From IMG/VR virus record IMGVR_UViG_3300020195_000009, positions 62,001 through 126,000 of that record: 64,000 nucleotides of DNA; one strand, written 5' to 3'. The notes under the pieces were generated by a model. That model did not search any database and was not told where the DNA came from. It worked only from the letters and a program-made list of their open reading frames with translations. The position numbers and the translations under genes are program-made. Positions 1 through 11,600 of the stretch are shown in pieces; position 1 is the stretch's first letter; every line of letters begins with the position of its first letter.

Positions 1-1326
1 AACGGCGGGGCGACCTGGAAGCCTCTTCTTGCTGGCGTTACCCGCCAGCTTGTCAAAGGCAGAGTCGATGAGGCCCTGAACGGCCGTGTTGCTGGTGAAC
101 CCAAGAGCTGCCCGAAGAGCTGTCTTGTAAGCGCTCGCTTCAACCGGATCCGACACCCCATCATTGTTGGTGTCATCGATCTGAATGAGAGTGAGGAAAC
201 TCTGAGCCCGGTGAACGAAGTCGAGCAAGAAGTACAATCGCTCAGCTTCGGATGAGAACGGGTCTACAGACACGTCACGTGTCGTAGAGCCTGGAACCAA
301 GCTGATTTCTTGGTTCACCCGCTGGATGGCCGTGATGAAATCAGCCGTGACGTTGAACTGGGTTCGACCAGGGAGGTCGCGGATAGCCGTGTCAATGGTG
401 AGTGGAGCCCCAAGAACCTCTTGGGAGAAGGGGCTCTCAATCTCGATACTCGTTGAGCTATCAAAGTAGACGCCAGTTACAACGTAGAAGATGGGGTCTG
501 CGTCCGAGACGTTGTTAAATTGATCCTCATTCAAGATCCCAGCCCCACCCGATCGGATATGCCGGAAGGTGATGAACTTGGTGAGAGTCCTGTCTTGAAG
601 AGTCGCGCTGAACTTGAGGTCGTTAGTGAATTCGATCGCGGAGTATTTCCGGTCCAGTCGAACCCCTAACTCATTCCCGAAAGAGTCTTCCTCACTAACG
701 CGAACACGAACGAAATCCCTGCTTTCAGTCGCCCATACAACCGAGTCAGCTCCAATTTCAAAGAGGTCTTCCTCGAATACATCGGAGGAGGCGGTAACGA
801 TATTCTCGTTGATCCTGTAATACCCGCTCGTACCCCCAGGGGTAACAGAGGCGTAAAAGTTAAATCCAACAAAGTTGTTCCCGGTGGGCCCACCCGCCGA
901 CCCAAGCACATCGCGAGGGATCGCCGCAAGAATGTCCACAGCATCACGGCGACGATGTACTCGAATCCCAGATGGTGGGTCGACCGTAGCGATGTCCGCC
1001 GCTCGAACCTTGGTGACTTTGACGGATGATGCCCCGCTCACTCCTCCAATGATGTCGATCGTTCGGATGAGGATGGTGTTGACGCCAGGCTCCAGAATGA
1101 GCCCCGTCGGGTAGCTGTCTGGGTTCGGGATCGTAAAGGCTGGGAGATCAAATTTCACCAACGTGGGGTCAGAGACGAACGCACCCCCGTTGACCGAAAT
1201 TTGAATGTCCGCCGTGCTGACGTCTACCAGACCCTCGATGAAGATGGCCTCCTGGTTCGTTGTGAACGTCAATGTCTGAGTGAACCCAGACCCATCTCTC
1301 AGTGCTATTTGCGGTGCGAAGGCCAT
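1..1326 (-). CDS. Baseplate J/gp6-like wedge protein, 5' part (runs off the left edge)
   Basis: Not in the ORF track. ATG at 1326 lies 1 nt after the upstream stop and the frame is open to the window edge: MAFAPQIALRDGSG...SLVPGSTTRDVSVDPFSSEAERLYF...AFDKLAGNASKKRLPGRPAV. The 'PGS..RD' and 'D.LA.N....R' pattern and the position after a gp25-like gene fit baseplate J. Confidence 0.75.
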   Translation of the reverse strand, partial: MAFAPQIALRDGSGFTQTLTFTTNQEAIFIEGLVDVSTADIQISVNGGAFVSDPTLVKFDLPAFTIPNPDSYPTGLILEPGVNTILIRTIDIIGGVSGASSVKVTKVRAADIATVDPPSGIRVHRRRDAVDILAAIPRDVLGSAGGPTGNNFVGFNFYASVTPGGTSGYYRINENIVTASSDVFEEDLFEIGADSVVWATESRDFVRVRVSEEDSFGNELGVRLDRKYSAIEFTNDLKFSATLQDRTLTKFITFRHIRSGGAGILNEDQFNNVSDADPIFYVVTGVYFDSSTSIEIESPFSQEVLGAPLTIDTAIRDLPGRTQFNVTADFITAIQRVNQEISLVPGSTTRDVSVDPFSSEAERLYFLLDFVHRAQSFLTLIQIDDTNNDGVSDPVEASAYKTALRAALGFTSNTAVQGLIDSAFDKLAGNASKKRLPGRPAV

Positions 1327-1327
1327 G

Positions 1328-2467
1328 TCAGCTCACTAGAGTGAAGTCACGGAGGGTTTGCCGGAACACGCCCTCTAGCTGCGTGGAACCAAGAAGGTCT
1401 TCAGGTTGGGGCAAACGGATCCCTCTTGTTAGTTGAAGAGCCTGTAGAGAACGGCTCTGCACCTCTAGGTTGACGAAGATCACGGTCGGGTCTTGCTGGC
1501 TCTGGTCCAGCGTCACTGAGACCAACCTAAAGGGAAATTCTCCATCCTCCACGAACTGGCCGACTGCTTCTTCTTGTTGCCGCTTGATCGATTGCCAGCG
1601 ACCAAAGGTCGTGTAGATGTCCGAAGTGATGGCGTTCTGGACGATCCCCCTAGCAGACAACTTCTGCCCGATCTGTTCCACAATGGTGGCCCCGTACCAC
1701 GGATGAAAAGGGTTGGACCCTCGAACTGTATAGAAGACCTTCTGGAGTTCCTGGATGAGGAGAGCTTCTTGTCGGACCTCAGCTACCGACCCGTTCGTCC
1801 CATAACGCCAGTCGTTCTCCACCCCAACCCCACCGCACCGTCGGCACTCCTGCCGGACGGTCGTGTAGTTGATCTCTGCGTAATCATTGAAACCACGGAG
1901 GGGGGAGTCGAAGATAATCTGACGGACGGGACGATCCAGCTCCGTGTTGGGATCGTTCACAAGCGTCCAACCTGGAGCAACCTCCTGCCCTCGAAACACA
2001 CGGTTCGCTTTGACTCCTATCGTTGAAGTCAACGTACTGGAAGGATCGATGAAGACCGTCGCATCGCGTCCTGAAAGCTCGGAACGAAGTCTAAGAAAAT
2101 TCCGATCAGCAAAGAATCGAACGCCTGGAAGTAGGGCGGTTAATTGATCTGCAACCCGAGAGACCGGCATCCTTACGCTGGTAGGAAGAACCGCAGTCTG
2201 AAGAGGGCCACCGTTGATCCGAACATGCAACAGGTTGTTGACCCCTGCCGTGATGGTGAAAGGGCCTTCTTTCGTCCCACCCGATTGAGCCGGAATGTGA
2301 ATCCCGGATGATGGGATGGTCAGCTCGCCGTTTAGGCGAACGACAACCGAGTTAGCAGAAGAGATCGGCCGTATGGGGATGACCGTCTGTCCATCCGTTT
2401 GAACAAGCAAGAACTCTTCGGCCACGAGATGGGGGCAGAGTTGGTCGATTTGACGATCGAAACTCAT
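1328..2467 (-). CDS. Baseplate wedge protein with C-terminal gp25/GPW-like domain and a CxxC-G-G zinc motif
   Basis: C-terminal 'LIQELQKVFYTVRGSNPFHPWYGATI' matches the gp25 pattern (T..G.R.F.P.YG); 'CRRCGGVG' lies upstream; adjacent to baseplate J. Confidence 0.75.
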   Translation of the reverse strand: MSFDRQIDQLCPHLVAEEFLLVQTDGQTVIPIRPISSANSVVVRLNGELTIPSSGIHIPAQSGGTKEGPFTITAGVNNLLHVRINGGPLQTAVLPTSVRMPVSRVADQLTALLPGVRFFADRNFLRLRSELSGRDATVFIDPSSTLTSTIGVKANRVFRGQEVAPGWTLVNDPNTELDRPVRQIIFDSPLRGFNDYAEINYTTVRQECRRCGGVGVENDWRYGTNGSVAEVRQEALLIQELQKVFYTVRGSNPFHPWYGATIVEQIGQKLSARGIVQNAITSDIYTTFGRWQSIKRQQEEAVGQFVEDGEFPFRLVSVTLDQSQQDPTVIFVNLEVQSRSLQALQLTRGIRLPQPEDLLGSTQLEGVFRQTLRDFTLVS

Positions 2468-3225
2468 GCCGTAGAGCCCCCCTCGCCGGAGATGACGGCA
2501 CCCTCACCACCACGTTCGACTACGAGACCATCCGGGTTGGCACGATCCGGCCCGGGATCGAGACCAGCCTGAGGGGCATACGTCAGCTTAGCAAATTCAT
2601 CGTTGCCCTTGTCGTCACTAACCGCTCGATAGTTACGGTCAGCAAAGAGAAGGCCGACCTCTGTGACGATATTCTCCAGAGATCCGTCCGTTTCGGCCGA
2701 AGCTTGGAGAGTTTGAAGAGCATCAATCTCAGATTGGAGTTGGTCTCCGTAGTCGAGCATCCGACGAATCTTGCGCTCAAGAGCTGCTCTTCGATCAAGC
2801 ATGTGGGACACCCCAGACTTGAGCTGACCCACAAGTTTAGACGTGGGTGCATCCGCCAAGCCGATCCCAGGAATAGGCTCTCCGTTGGACATGACCTTAG
2901 GGGCAGACACTTCCGTTCCCTTTGGAAGGAAGACCGCTTGGTCTTCCTTCGCTCGGGTCTGAAGCTCATGGAACGGATCGCCCCCCATGGCTTCATAAGC
3001 CCCCATGAGCTTGCCGATGTAGGTCGGGGAACCCCCTTCTGATCCAGTTGAGTAGGCCGTCGGGCGACCCGCAGAATCGAAGGTGAACCGCAGGAAACCT
3101 ACACGCGTCTGTTCGTTGACGAGATGCTTGATCCTAGGGTCCACATGGGCGGCCTGGTCTCGGACAAAGGCCACCAGCCGGTCAAACTGACTCCGGTTAA
3201 AAGTGCCGAGAAAGTCGAAAGCCAT
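2464..3225 (-). CDS. Hypothetical protein (baseplate region, coiled-coil)
   Basis: 253-aa ORF with 4-nt stop/start overlap with the next gene. Confidence 0.7.
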   Translation of the reverse strand: MAFDFLGTFNRSQFDRLVAFVRDQAAHVDPRIKHLVNEQTRVGFLRFTFDSAGRPTAYSTGSEGGSPTYIGKLMGAYEAMGGDPFHELQTRAKEDQAVFLPKGTEVSAPKVMSNGEPIPGIGLADAPTSKLVGQLKSGVSHMLDRRAALERKIRRMLDYGDQLQSEIDALQTLQASAETDGSLENIVTEVGLLFADRNYRAVSDDKGNDEFAKLTYAPQAGLDPGPDRANPDGLVVERGGEGAVISGEGGSTA

Positions 3226-3261
3226 GGGTAGGGACCTAGGGACCTACCATGAACCCTGGTA

Positions 3262-5436
3262 TCAAAAGATGATGCTAAACGCAGTGCTGAATGCGTCGAT
3301 GTTGGGGCCGGCATATGCCAAAGCGATACCCGCCGAATAACCACCGGGCCCAGACGGAGGCCTCGTGCCCCCTGCGTTGTCGATAGCCTCCACCCACCCT
3401 GGGATGCCCTTGTCCGTAGCTGGGACAGACAAGAAGAAGAACCCAGCCGAGAAACTATCGAGATAGTTGAGGATGTCGATGAGGAACTTCACGAACCTCT
3501 CCAGAACATCGATTTTTCGTATGAGTAGGTCGATAAAGGCGGCGATTTCATCGATAATGCTCTTGAAAGCAGCCAAGAGGGCGTCGATTCGAGCGAGAAG
3601 CTCGTAGATGAACTGCCCCGAGAAAGGGATGATGTCTCGGAGTAGGCTGATTGAGACCCAATCGGGTGGGACACCTCCGAGCGTGAACGACTTGATGAAT
3701 TGAACCGCAGCGACGATGTTGAGTCGCGTACCCAAATCAGAAAACGCTATTGCGTACGTCTTGTAGACCTTGGGGTCATACGTCTCTGGGAAGCCGTCTT
3801 GGATTGTGATGAATTTGGTGACGAGCTTCTCGATGGAGGTGACATCCTGATCACTGGCGAGGTAACCATCCCCCTTGATCGGCTTCGGGAGTGACCCTTG
3901 GTACAAATCCCGCAACGGAATCAACATCCCGCTGTTCTCCAAGAGAGACCCTGCAACCGCGTTCGTCAGCCGAGAGGCATGGGCCTTCACACTGATGAAG
4001 TTGTGGGTAACGTCTGGGTATTTTCCCGTTACGGGATCCGGCGTGGGAGACGCATTTGTAGCTGTAGCGCCCGGATCAGGGGCCGCACCAAAGAGGGCCC
4101 CAAACTCCAACTTGGGGAAGAGTCGACCCAATGGGCCAGCTAGGTTAGTTAGCAGGCCTTTCCCGACGTCAGCAACATGCGTGTCATCTGCTGCTGGAGA
4201 CCCGTCCTCATTGAAGGTGGCCCCTGCTGGCACCTCAAGATGGAACCCGAGCGCAAAGGCAGCTCGGAAGGTGGCGTTCAGGACCGCGATGACATCGAAG
4301 TCAGCGGGGATGTTCGGGACACGACCCGTGATGATGCCTGAAGGTCGCCCCATGATGACGGGGTCGTTGGGGTCCGTAGCGGGCCACGTTTGGATGAGTT
4401 CCCCCGAAGGCTTGTTAACGATGGGCGCGGGGAGCGTCATCGTCCCGCTTGAGCCCACATCTAAAGACCCACTAAAGGCTCGGATCCGGTAGTAGTAGGT
4501 CTTGTCCTTGGTCACATCCGTGTCGATATACCGGAACTTACCGAGCTGCCCAAGGAGGAACGTTGCCGTTTGCGTAGACGGGTCGATGATGATGTACTTC
4601 TCGAAGACGCGGAAGTAGTCGCCAGACTCATCTCGTAGACGCTTGGATCGTTTGATGCGCTTACCCTTCTTGTCCTCGAAGCTAGTCTCCTCCGGCTTGA
4701 GGACATTTTCCGGCCCCCCGCTATGCCCGGTCCTCTCGATGAGCCACTTTTGAGGGATGAACTCACTTGCGATCGTAGGTAGAAGGTCAGTGTATCCAGG
4801 ATCGGGTGGAAACTGATTCGTCGCAAGAGTCCACTCAACCGCGAGCCCTTCCAACTTGACCCCGAAGACACTAGCTATTGAGAGGATGGGGTCTGGGCTG
4901 GACTTACCTGGCTTCGTCCCAGCGGGAAACACCTTCACATTCGCCGGGGCCGTGTACTGCGGTGAGATCAACTCCTTACCGAAAAAGCGGAGCAGGATCT
5001 TGATGAGACGGAGCATCCCGAAGACAGTCCCTGCGTCCGCAACGATGAGGACAAAACCGCTACTGTTGATGCCAGCCGCAGGTTGGGGCCGGAAAGGATC
5101 CTTACTGTCAAAGAGAGACGCCTTGAAGCGTTCCGTGAAGGCCTGGTAACCTCCTTTGAATCGGTCGAACCCAGGATCAACAAGAGGGTTGGGTATATCG
5201 AAGTACCCGAATAACCCGGTCCTCTTGAGAGACTCAAAAAGCTGCAATATAAGCTTTAGTAGGGCTTCAAGCAACGCTCGCAGCGGGTTCCCGAAGTCGA
5301 TTAGGAACGCTTTAATTGTCTCCAGGATTGCCTTGATGATCTCCAAAAAGACAAGCAGGGTCTCAAGGATGCCCCTGACAGACTCCAGGAGATCCTTCCC
5401 AGGGATCTTTATTTCAAAGGCTTTCCAATCAGACAT
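3262..5436 (-). CDS. Putative virion structural protein with amphipathic helical termini and a central FN3-like motif
   Basis: 724 aa; 'YIDTDVTKDKTYYYRIRA' is FN3-like; long Leu/Ile-rich amphipathic helices at both ends. Confidence 0.6.
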   Translation of the reverse strand: MSDWKAFEIKIPGKDLLESVRGILETLLVFLEIIKAILETIKAFLIDFGNPLRALLEALLKLILQLFESLKRTGLFGYFDIPNPLVDPGFDRFKGGYQAFTERFKASLFDSKDPFRPQPAAGINSSGFVLIVADAGTVFGMLRLIKILLRFFGKELISPQYTAPANVKVFPAGTKPGKSSPDPILSIASVFGVKLEGLAVEWTLATNQFPPDPGYTDLLPTIASEFIPQKWLIERTGHSGGPENVLKPEETSFEDKKGKRIKRSKRLRDESGDYFRVFEKYIIIDPSTQTATFLLGQLGKFRYIDTDVTKDKTYYYRIRAFSGSLDVGSSGTMTLPAPIVNKPSGELIQTWPATDPNDPVIMGRPSGIITGRVPNIPADFDVIAVLNATFRAAFALGFHLEVPAGATFNEDGSPAADDTHVADVGKGLLTNLAGPLGRLFPKLEFGALFGAAPDPGATATNASPTPDPVTGKYPDVTHNFISVKAHASRLTNAVAGSLLENSGMLIPLRDLYQGSLPKPIKGDGYLASDQDVTSIEKLVTKFITIQDGFPETYDPKVYKTYAIAFSDLGTRLNIVAAVQFIKSFTLGGVPPDWVSISLLRDIIPFSGQFIYELLARIDALLAAFKSIIDEIAAFIDLLIRKIDVLERFVKFLIDILNYLDSFSAGFFFLSVPATDKGIPGWVEAIDNAGGTRPPSGPGGYSAGIALAYAGPNIDAFSTAFSIIF

Positions 5437-5446
5437 GACCTAAAAA

Positions 5447-5644
5447 TCAACCTCCGTAGGTCAAGCGGTCCAGCTTGCGTCGAAGCATGGCCAACTCCTC
5501 TTCGGTGGCCTCTATGGTCTTGTGGACAAGTTCCTTCATCCGCCCGGTGATGGCGAACTCCGTCTTGTACTCCCACTGAGCTTGAGGTTCCTCTTTGGCG
5601 GGCTCCGCCTTGATCTCTTCCACCGGATTTGTTTCGTCAGGCAT
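5447..5644 (-). CDS. Small coiled-coil hypothetical protein
   Basis: 65 aa, fills the gap between two genes with tight spacing and a GGAG RBS. Confidence 0.65.
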   Translation of the reverse strand: MPDETNPVEEIKAEPAKEEPQAQWEYKTEFAITGRMKELVHKTIEATEEELAMLRRKLDRLTYGG

Positions 5645-5647
5645 GCG

Positions 5648-8600
5648 CTACTCCACTGCTTGCAGTTTGATGAGTTGGTCCAGCACCTTTTGCTGCGACT
5701 TGATCCGCTCAGCAACAGCTCTCAATTGCTTGACGAGGATACCCTTCTCCAGGTTGATCCTAGCGTCAATCCATACCATCCGCTTGTCGTAGAGGCGATC
5801 TCCGGAGGACACGAGCTTCTCCACCGCTGCAATCCCCGTTGTATCAAGGTAGGCCCCTCTAGTCAGAACCGTAGTCTCTCGTGAAACCAAGTCCGTCAGT
5901 AAGAACCCACGAGCAAAGTACGAGGGGTCTACAGTGCTAGGAGGAACCAGGACGTCAACGGCCGTGGTGAGCAACGTCTGCCAACTTAAGATCGACTGCA
6001 AGTAGGTCTGGGCCTCCTGGCGGACGGCAAACAGCTCTTTCAAGGCCTGGGCACTGACTCCGAATACTTGGACGATGCGGAAGGTGAGAGCCTGAGGGAA
6101 GCTTGGGAAGCCTGGGGAATCGCTGATCTTCAAGGTGAGAGAATCCACAACCTCCCCGACCGTGTAGATGCCCTCGTTGGTTTGACTTGGGGGGATGTAC
6201 ACGAGGTCCCCAGCAACCACTTCCGAAGTGATGAAATTGACCCCAATTCCAACAAGAGTGTCGGCTGCCGTAGCGTTGCCGCTAGCGAGAGCCGGACTCA
6301 GCCGATCCGTGAAGACAGCAGAGAAGAAGTTGTCGATGGAGTTCAACTCGCTGGTCGGGTTGGAGCTGAGGATCGCAATTTGGGAGGTCAGGCTCCCCGT
6401 TGCCCCACTGAGGTTGCTATACGTGTTGAGGTTGTTGACGACTCGGTAGGTCGCTGGGGTAGTTGTATCGGAGAAGGCCGCTGTCAGGGTGAGTTGGGTA
6501 GCCGAATCAACGGAGGCCACCTGCCTCCGTTCAAGCTTGGCGGGATGCACTGCTTGAGTCAGGACAACCGTGTGCCCTGCTTGGACGCCGTTTACAGCAA
6601 AGTTTGCAAAAAGGTCCGTAACGATAGGACCCACTATCGAAGAGAAAGTACCCGTCTGAAGATCGGTGGCTGTAGTGATGAGGAAATTGAACCCCGAGTC
6701 CGTGATCGAGAACGGTACGTCCACCGTGACCGTCGTAGGTGTCGCTACAGACACGCGACGAAACTGAGTTAGCCCGTTGAGGCCATCGAGGATGCGCACC
6801 AAGTCCCCGATTTGAGGAAGAGGCGCTACGAAAGAGGCCGTGAGAATGGTGGCCGTCCCATCCAGAGATCCAACCCCAACAAACGGAGGAGTCGTGTTGG
6901 TTGCGATCGAACCTCCCGCACCGAGGTAAGTAAGCTCAGTTGAGAGTAGGTTCGGCTTGGCTCCTGGTTCTGTGGTGGGGGCGGTCTCTCGGGTGTAATT
7001 TGGGTTGAGGAGCGGGAGCCTTTGGTCGCCGCTATCATCGAACGGCTGGCCTTGGAGAGCTGGGACCTTGAATGGAGCCACCAAGGAGTTGTTGTAGGTG
7101 ACGATGGATTGGAGCAGCTCCTCTGAGGCTGGATTTTGAACCCGCAACTCGGAGATGACAGCGGGGACAGACCCATCAAACGGAGGGTAGGGTTTGATGT
7201 ACGTTAAGAACCCATTATCGGCATCCAAACCCACGTCAAATCCGATGCGGTAGCTCTTCTGGTACGAGGTATCCGCTCCAGCAAGATGAACCGTTGACCC
7301 AAGAGGGACCGCACCAGGAAGCACGGGAGCAAGAGTCAGGGATGTTGGCCCCCCAACCGTGATTGTTGCAGGAGAGCCCTCCGTGACGATGTAAGCGCCC
7401 GCAGGATCCCGAACCACGACCTTCATCCCAGTCACAAAAGCTGGCCGTAAAGGTCCAGGCTGCGTTTCTACGGCCGCCGTCGTGTCGACTTGCAAGGTGG
7501 CCGCACCCGTTGATGCAGCGGCCGTCACACGTGCTCGTGGGACTCGACGGAAAGCTGTTGGGGATGTGCTCGTGACCTTCTTGGCGGAGAGATCGAGCAT
7601 TTGGTCCCCGGTCGCCGCACTCGTGTCACTCCCAGCAATCGTGTAACTGAAACTGGTCCTAGCCGTAGGGTAAAACCGACTCTTGGCGTTCGCTTCGTAG
7701 GCCTTGAGGTAGGTTCCAAGGTACTTGAAAGGTAGGAGCGGAGGTGTGAAGTCAATGGGGAACGGGGAGATCCGGAAGAAGTCGTCGATCTGGTTGGTCG
7801 CGAGGGAGAAGTCGCTGACAATCGAACCCGTCGTCCCGTCGAACTTGAACCTCCCGTCGTAGTCCCCCACTACCCGACCATCCATATTTTGCAGGAGGTC
7901 GTCGATGAAGTTGATGTTGTCGTTGTAGAACTTGAGGACAGCCCGAGCGACAAGGTCCTCGTTCGCCAGCCGCCCCTCAGGGAAGTAGACCGACTCCCCA
8001 CCCCTCTCGAAGAGCTTGGCGGTTCCGGCGTTTTCAAGTCGTGGCCCCCCTGAGGGTCCCGACTGCGAGTCGTCATTGTACTTCTGGGCAAGCTCACCAC
8101 GGAAGTTGGTGAGGGTCTCGACCCTGAAGTAGAACGAATCCGGGGAGTAAGTCGTGAAGCTTGCGGAGAGTCTTTGGTTCTCTATCCCGTTGGTTGCGTT
8201 AGGAGAGATCGCCGCCGTGTAGGACGCACGCAACTGACCTGAGTTGATAATCTCGTGCTTCGAGTAGAGGATTGAGAATTCCTCGCTCGGCAACAAGGAC
8301 TCAGCGAAAATAAGAGTCCCTGCATCGTCGATCGTGAAGTCCGTAGGGGTGGTGAGAATCTCACCGGGGGCACCTTCGACTTGACGGAAGACGCGGATCG
8401 CATCCTTCAACTCCGTGAAGGGCGGGAGAAGGGCGGGAGAAGCACTGGTCTTCACTGTCGTCGTTGACGACTCGAAGACCGGCCGAACGGATCGACTCAA
8501 CGTATGCGTCCCGACGGTATACTGACGTGCGGTCGATTGAGTCAGTACAATCTCCGTGCGATTCAAGTTCACATCAAATGTTGACCCGGTGACGAGATAG

Positions 8601-11600
8601 AAGTCGTTGATGACCGGAGAGCCACCCGTCACATAAAGAGCGACGCCCGCAACGTAGAGCCCCGTCTTGTCCCCAAATAGCTTGAACTTGTTCATCCCAC
8701 GCGGGATGGTGTCGAAGGGATCTGGCTCCAGCACGAAGTAGGCAGGTAGGAACGGAAGAGAGGTCAAACGGACCGGCCCTGAGGAGACGAACAGCTTGGG
8801 TTGAGAGAACCCATCCCTGAAGACCGCTGGAGCTAGGATCGTAACTGTCGTCTCGTTGGTGCCAGCATTGTACGTAGATCCGGCGAGCATGTACGCTTGC
8901 TCATCCACAATCCGAAGCAGGTGGTCCGCCGGGAAGACGGATGTTTGATCTCCTTTCGCCTTGAAACTGGACCCCCCCTCCGTGATTGTGACCTGAAGGA
9001 GGTTGATCGGGGGGAGAAGAACGGTTGTGGTGTTCTCACCCCCGATAGCGTTGAAGACGTTGTAGTCGATGTAGACCCGCTCCGAAGGTTGGACGATGGC
9101 ACCATGGGGCAGAGCGTCCGAGATCGCCATATCCCCTCCTGGTGTCGGCAGAACATCAGGTAGAAACGTAAGCGTAGAACTCGACGGGTTGATTGAAATC
9201 TGAGTCTCATCTTGAGGTCGACCCCCTCGGAATACGGCTGGGGAAGGGTTGATAGCAATCTCTCGACCCAAGGGGTTGAAGGACATCACCGATGTCGGGA
9301 TGGGGTGACTTACGACCTCTTTCCGGACCAAGAAGGTAGCTCGCTCTTCAATGATCGTAACGGGCGGATCTTCTTGAAGAGAAGTGTAGGTCAGAAATAG
9401 CTCGTCCATCGCGAGCAAACGCTCGATGGTTTGGATGAACCCAAGGCGAGGTTCGATCCTGTACTCTACCCCCTGAATGAGCTTCAAGGCTCCATAGATC
9501 GTACCGCCAGGTCCTACATCGATGGAGCTGAAATTCAGGTTCCCCGTGTCTTGGCTAACCTCTACAGCCCCTTGAACCATGAAGCCTGGAACCGTGAAGG
9601 ACCCGTCGTTGGTCACAACCGTAGGCGTAGAGAGAAACGTCAAACCCAGTCGGAAGCGAGAGCGCCCGATGAGGCCGGGGTTGATGTTGAGCCTTGGGGA
9701 ATTGGTGATCGCCCCCAACGCTCTAATTTTCTCGACTTTGGTGTTGGGGTCGACAAGAAGTGCCTCTTGGAAGAATCTGTCCGCAAGGATCTCTTTTCCT
9801 CGACGGATTTCGTAGGCGATCCCTGTATCGACGGAGGGAGCCGGCGGGTTGAAGGTGAAGGTGGAAACCCCCACGGTATCAACCATATAAACACCCTTAC
9901 TTGGCCCTGAGAGCACAAAGAGAAGGTCCCCAAGGAGGACCCCTGCCCCGGCGAAGTCCGCCCCAACCTGGCTAACGGAAGTCAACGTGAAGATGGCCGC
10001 ACCCGTCCCCTCAAGGATGAGCGCACCGTCTGTTTGGATGAACGTGACAAGCCCAGAGAGGGGCTCCAGGAGGGCGTCCAGGTTGAGCGTCAGAGGTACA
10101 AACCCAAGTCCCTGATCCAACTCCAAGATGATGTTGGGGGCATTGACCAAGGGATCCGTCAACGGGACCGCTCCAGTACTTACTGGAATGGGAATGACGA
10201 GATTGTTTCGGCGAATAGCGAAGTTGAACTGCTTTTTGTCAAAGTCGAGAGTGTAACCGAAGCCCGAGGGTGGGGTTGGACCATCGAGTCGAGGAAGAGG
10301 TCCCGTGAAGGTCCCTGTTCCTTGCTCGATGTCGAAGGTCATCGGGTAGGCCGGATCATCAATGGGGTTGACCGGCATGAAAATGAATGGCATCCCCACG
10401 ATAGGGTCGGCCCAAGATGCCCCCGTGGTGGGGAAGAACGCCGAGATGTCCTTCGCATCCGGGTCCTGAGCTGCGGGGTCGATAGGTGTTCGGAAGAACC
10501 GTAGGGAGATGCCTCGTTCGATCGGTAGGTCTCCGAAGATGACCTCGGCTGCCCGAGTACCGTAGGTAGCCACATCAGGGGCGGAGAACTGAACCGCTCC
10601 GCTTGGATCGACCTGAACCTGTCCCGACTTCCCAAGAGTGTCGAATGCAGCCACCCGAACGAAGTCGGGAAACTGAACGATGTCTTTCTCGATCTTGTAG
10701 GTTGCGCCTGTAACGGAAGGGAAAGGGGGGGCTACCGTTACCTGAGTCTCGGATGGTACGTCGGTGATCATCCTGTGGCTTCCGGCGTAAAGACCTCCGG
10801 TAAGCACCACGATATCCCCTGCTTTGACCTCATTCGTCAGGAAGGCTGCACCTCCATCGTTCATCGTGGTGGTGCTTGGAAACGTCCCCGTGCCCGTCAG
10901 GAGAGTCGGAACAGCCCTGAACACGAGATCGGCCCCGTCACTCGGGAGACCGATGATAGAGCTTGGAGCTGCCACGGTCCCAAGGGTCTGTCTAGGGAGT
11001 GTCTTGCTTCGCTCGAACAAGACCCCGTCGTAATACACGGGCTCTCCGTTGTTGTTAGTCAGGTCGGTCGCGTTGAACTTGACCCTCCCCGTGTCCCGAG
11101 CCCACTCGAACGTCCCTTGAATCGGGTTCAAAGAGAATGCAACTTCAGTGGCCACATCGATGGGCGTCAAGTAGAGCCCAAACCCAAACCGAAGGTTCGG
11201 CTTCTGGTAGTTGATACCTAACCCAAGACCAGGGATTGGGGTCAGGAGGATGGTATCTGTACCCGCGATCCCAAGCTGCCCCGAAGATTCCTTGGGAGTG
11301 AAGAACGCTTGACGCTGGAAGAAGACGTCTTGATCGTCGTAGGTTGAAAGGTCCGACACGTTCCAGTTGAGGTTGCCGGTATCAAGACTCAACTCCACCG
11401 AACCCACGGGAGGCCCGGCGAAGGCCCCGTCATTAACCACCGTAACGATAGGGAAGGTGGTCCCACTACCCGAAGACCCTACCGCAAGCCGGTAGGGAGC
11501 CACCCCCAGGGGGAAGTTAGGCTTCTGGACCTTCAGTCTCGTCGTGTTTGCATCCGGCCCGAGGGTACCTACTTCGGCACGAACCGATCCTCGCAAGGGG

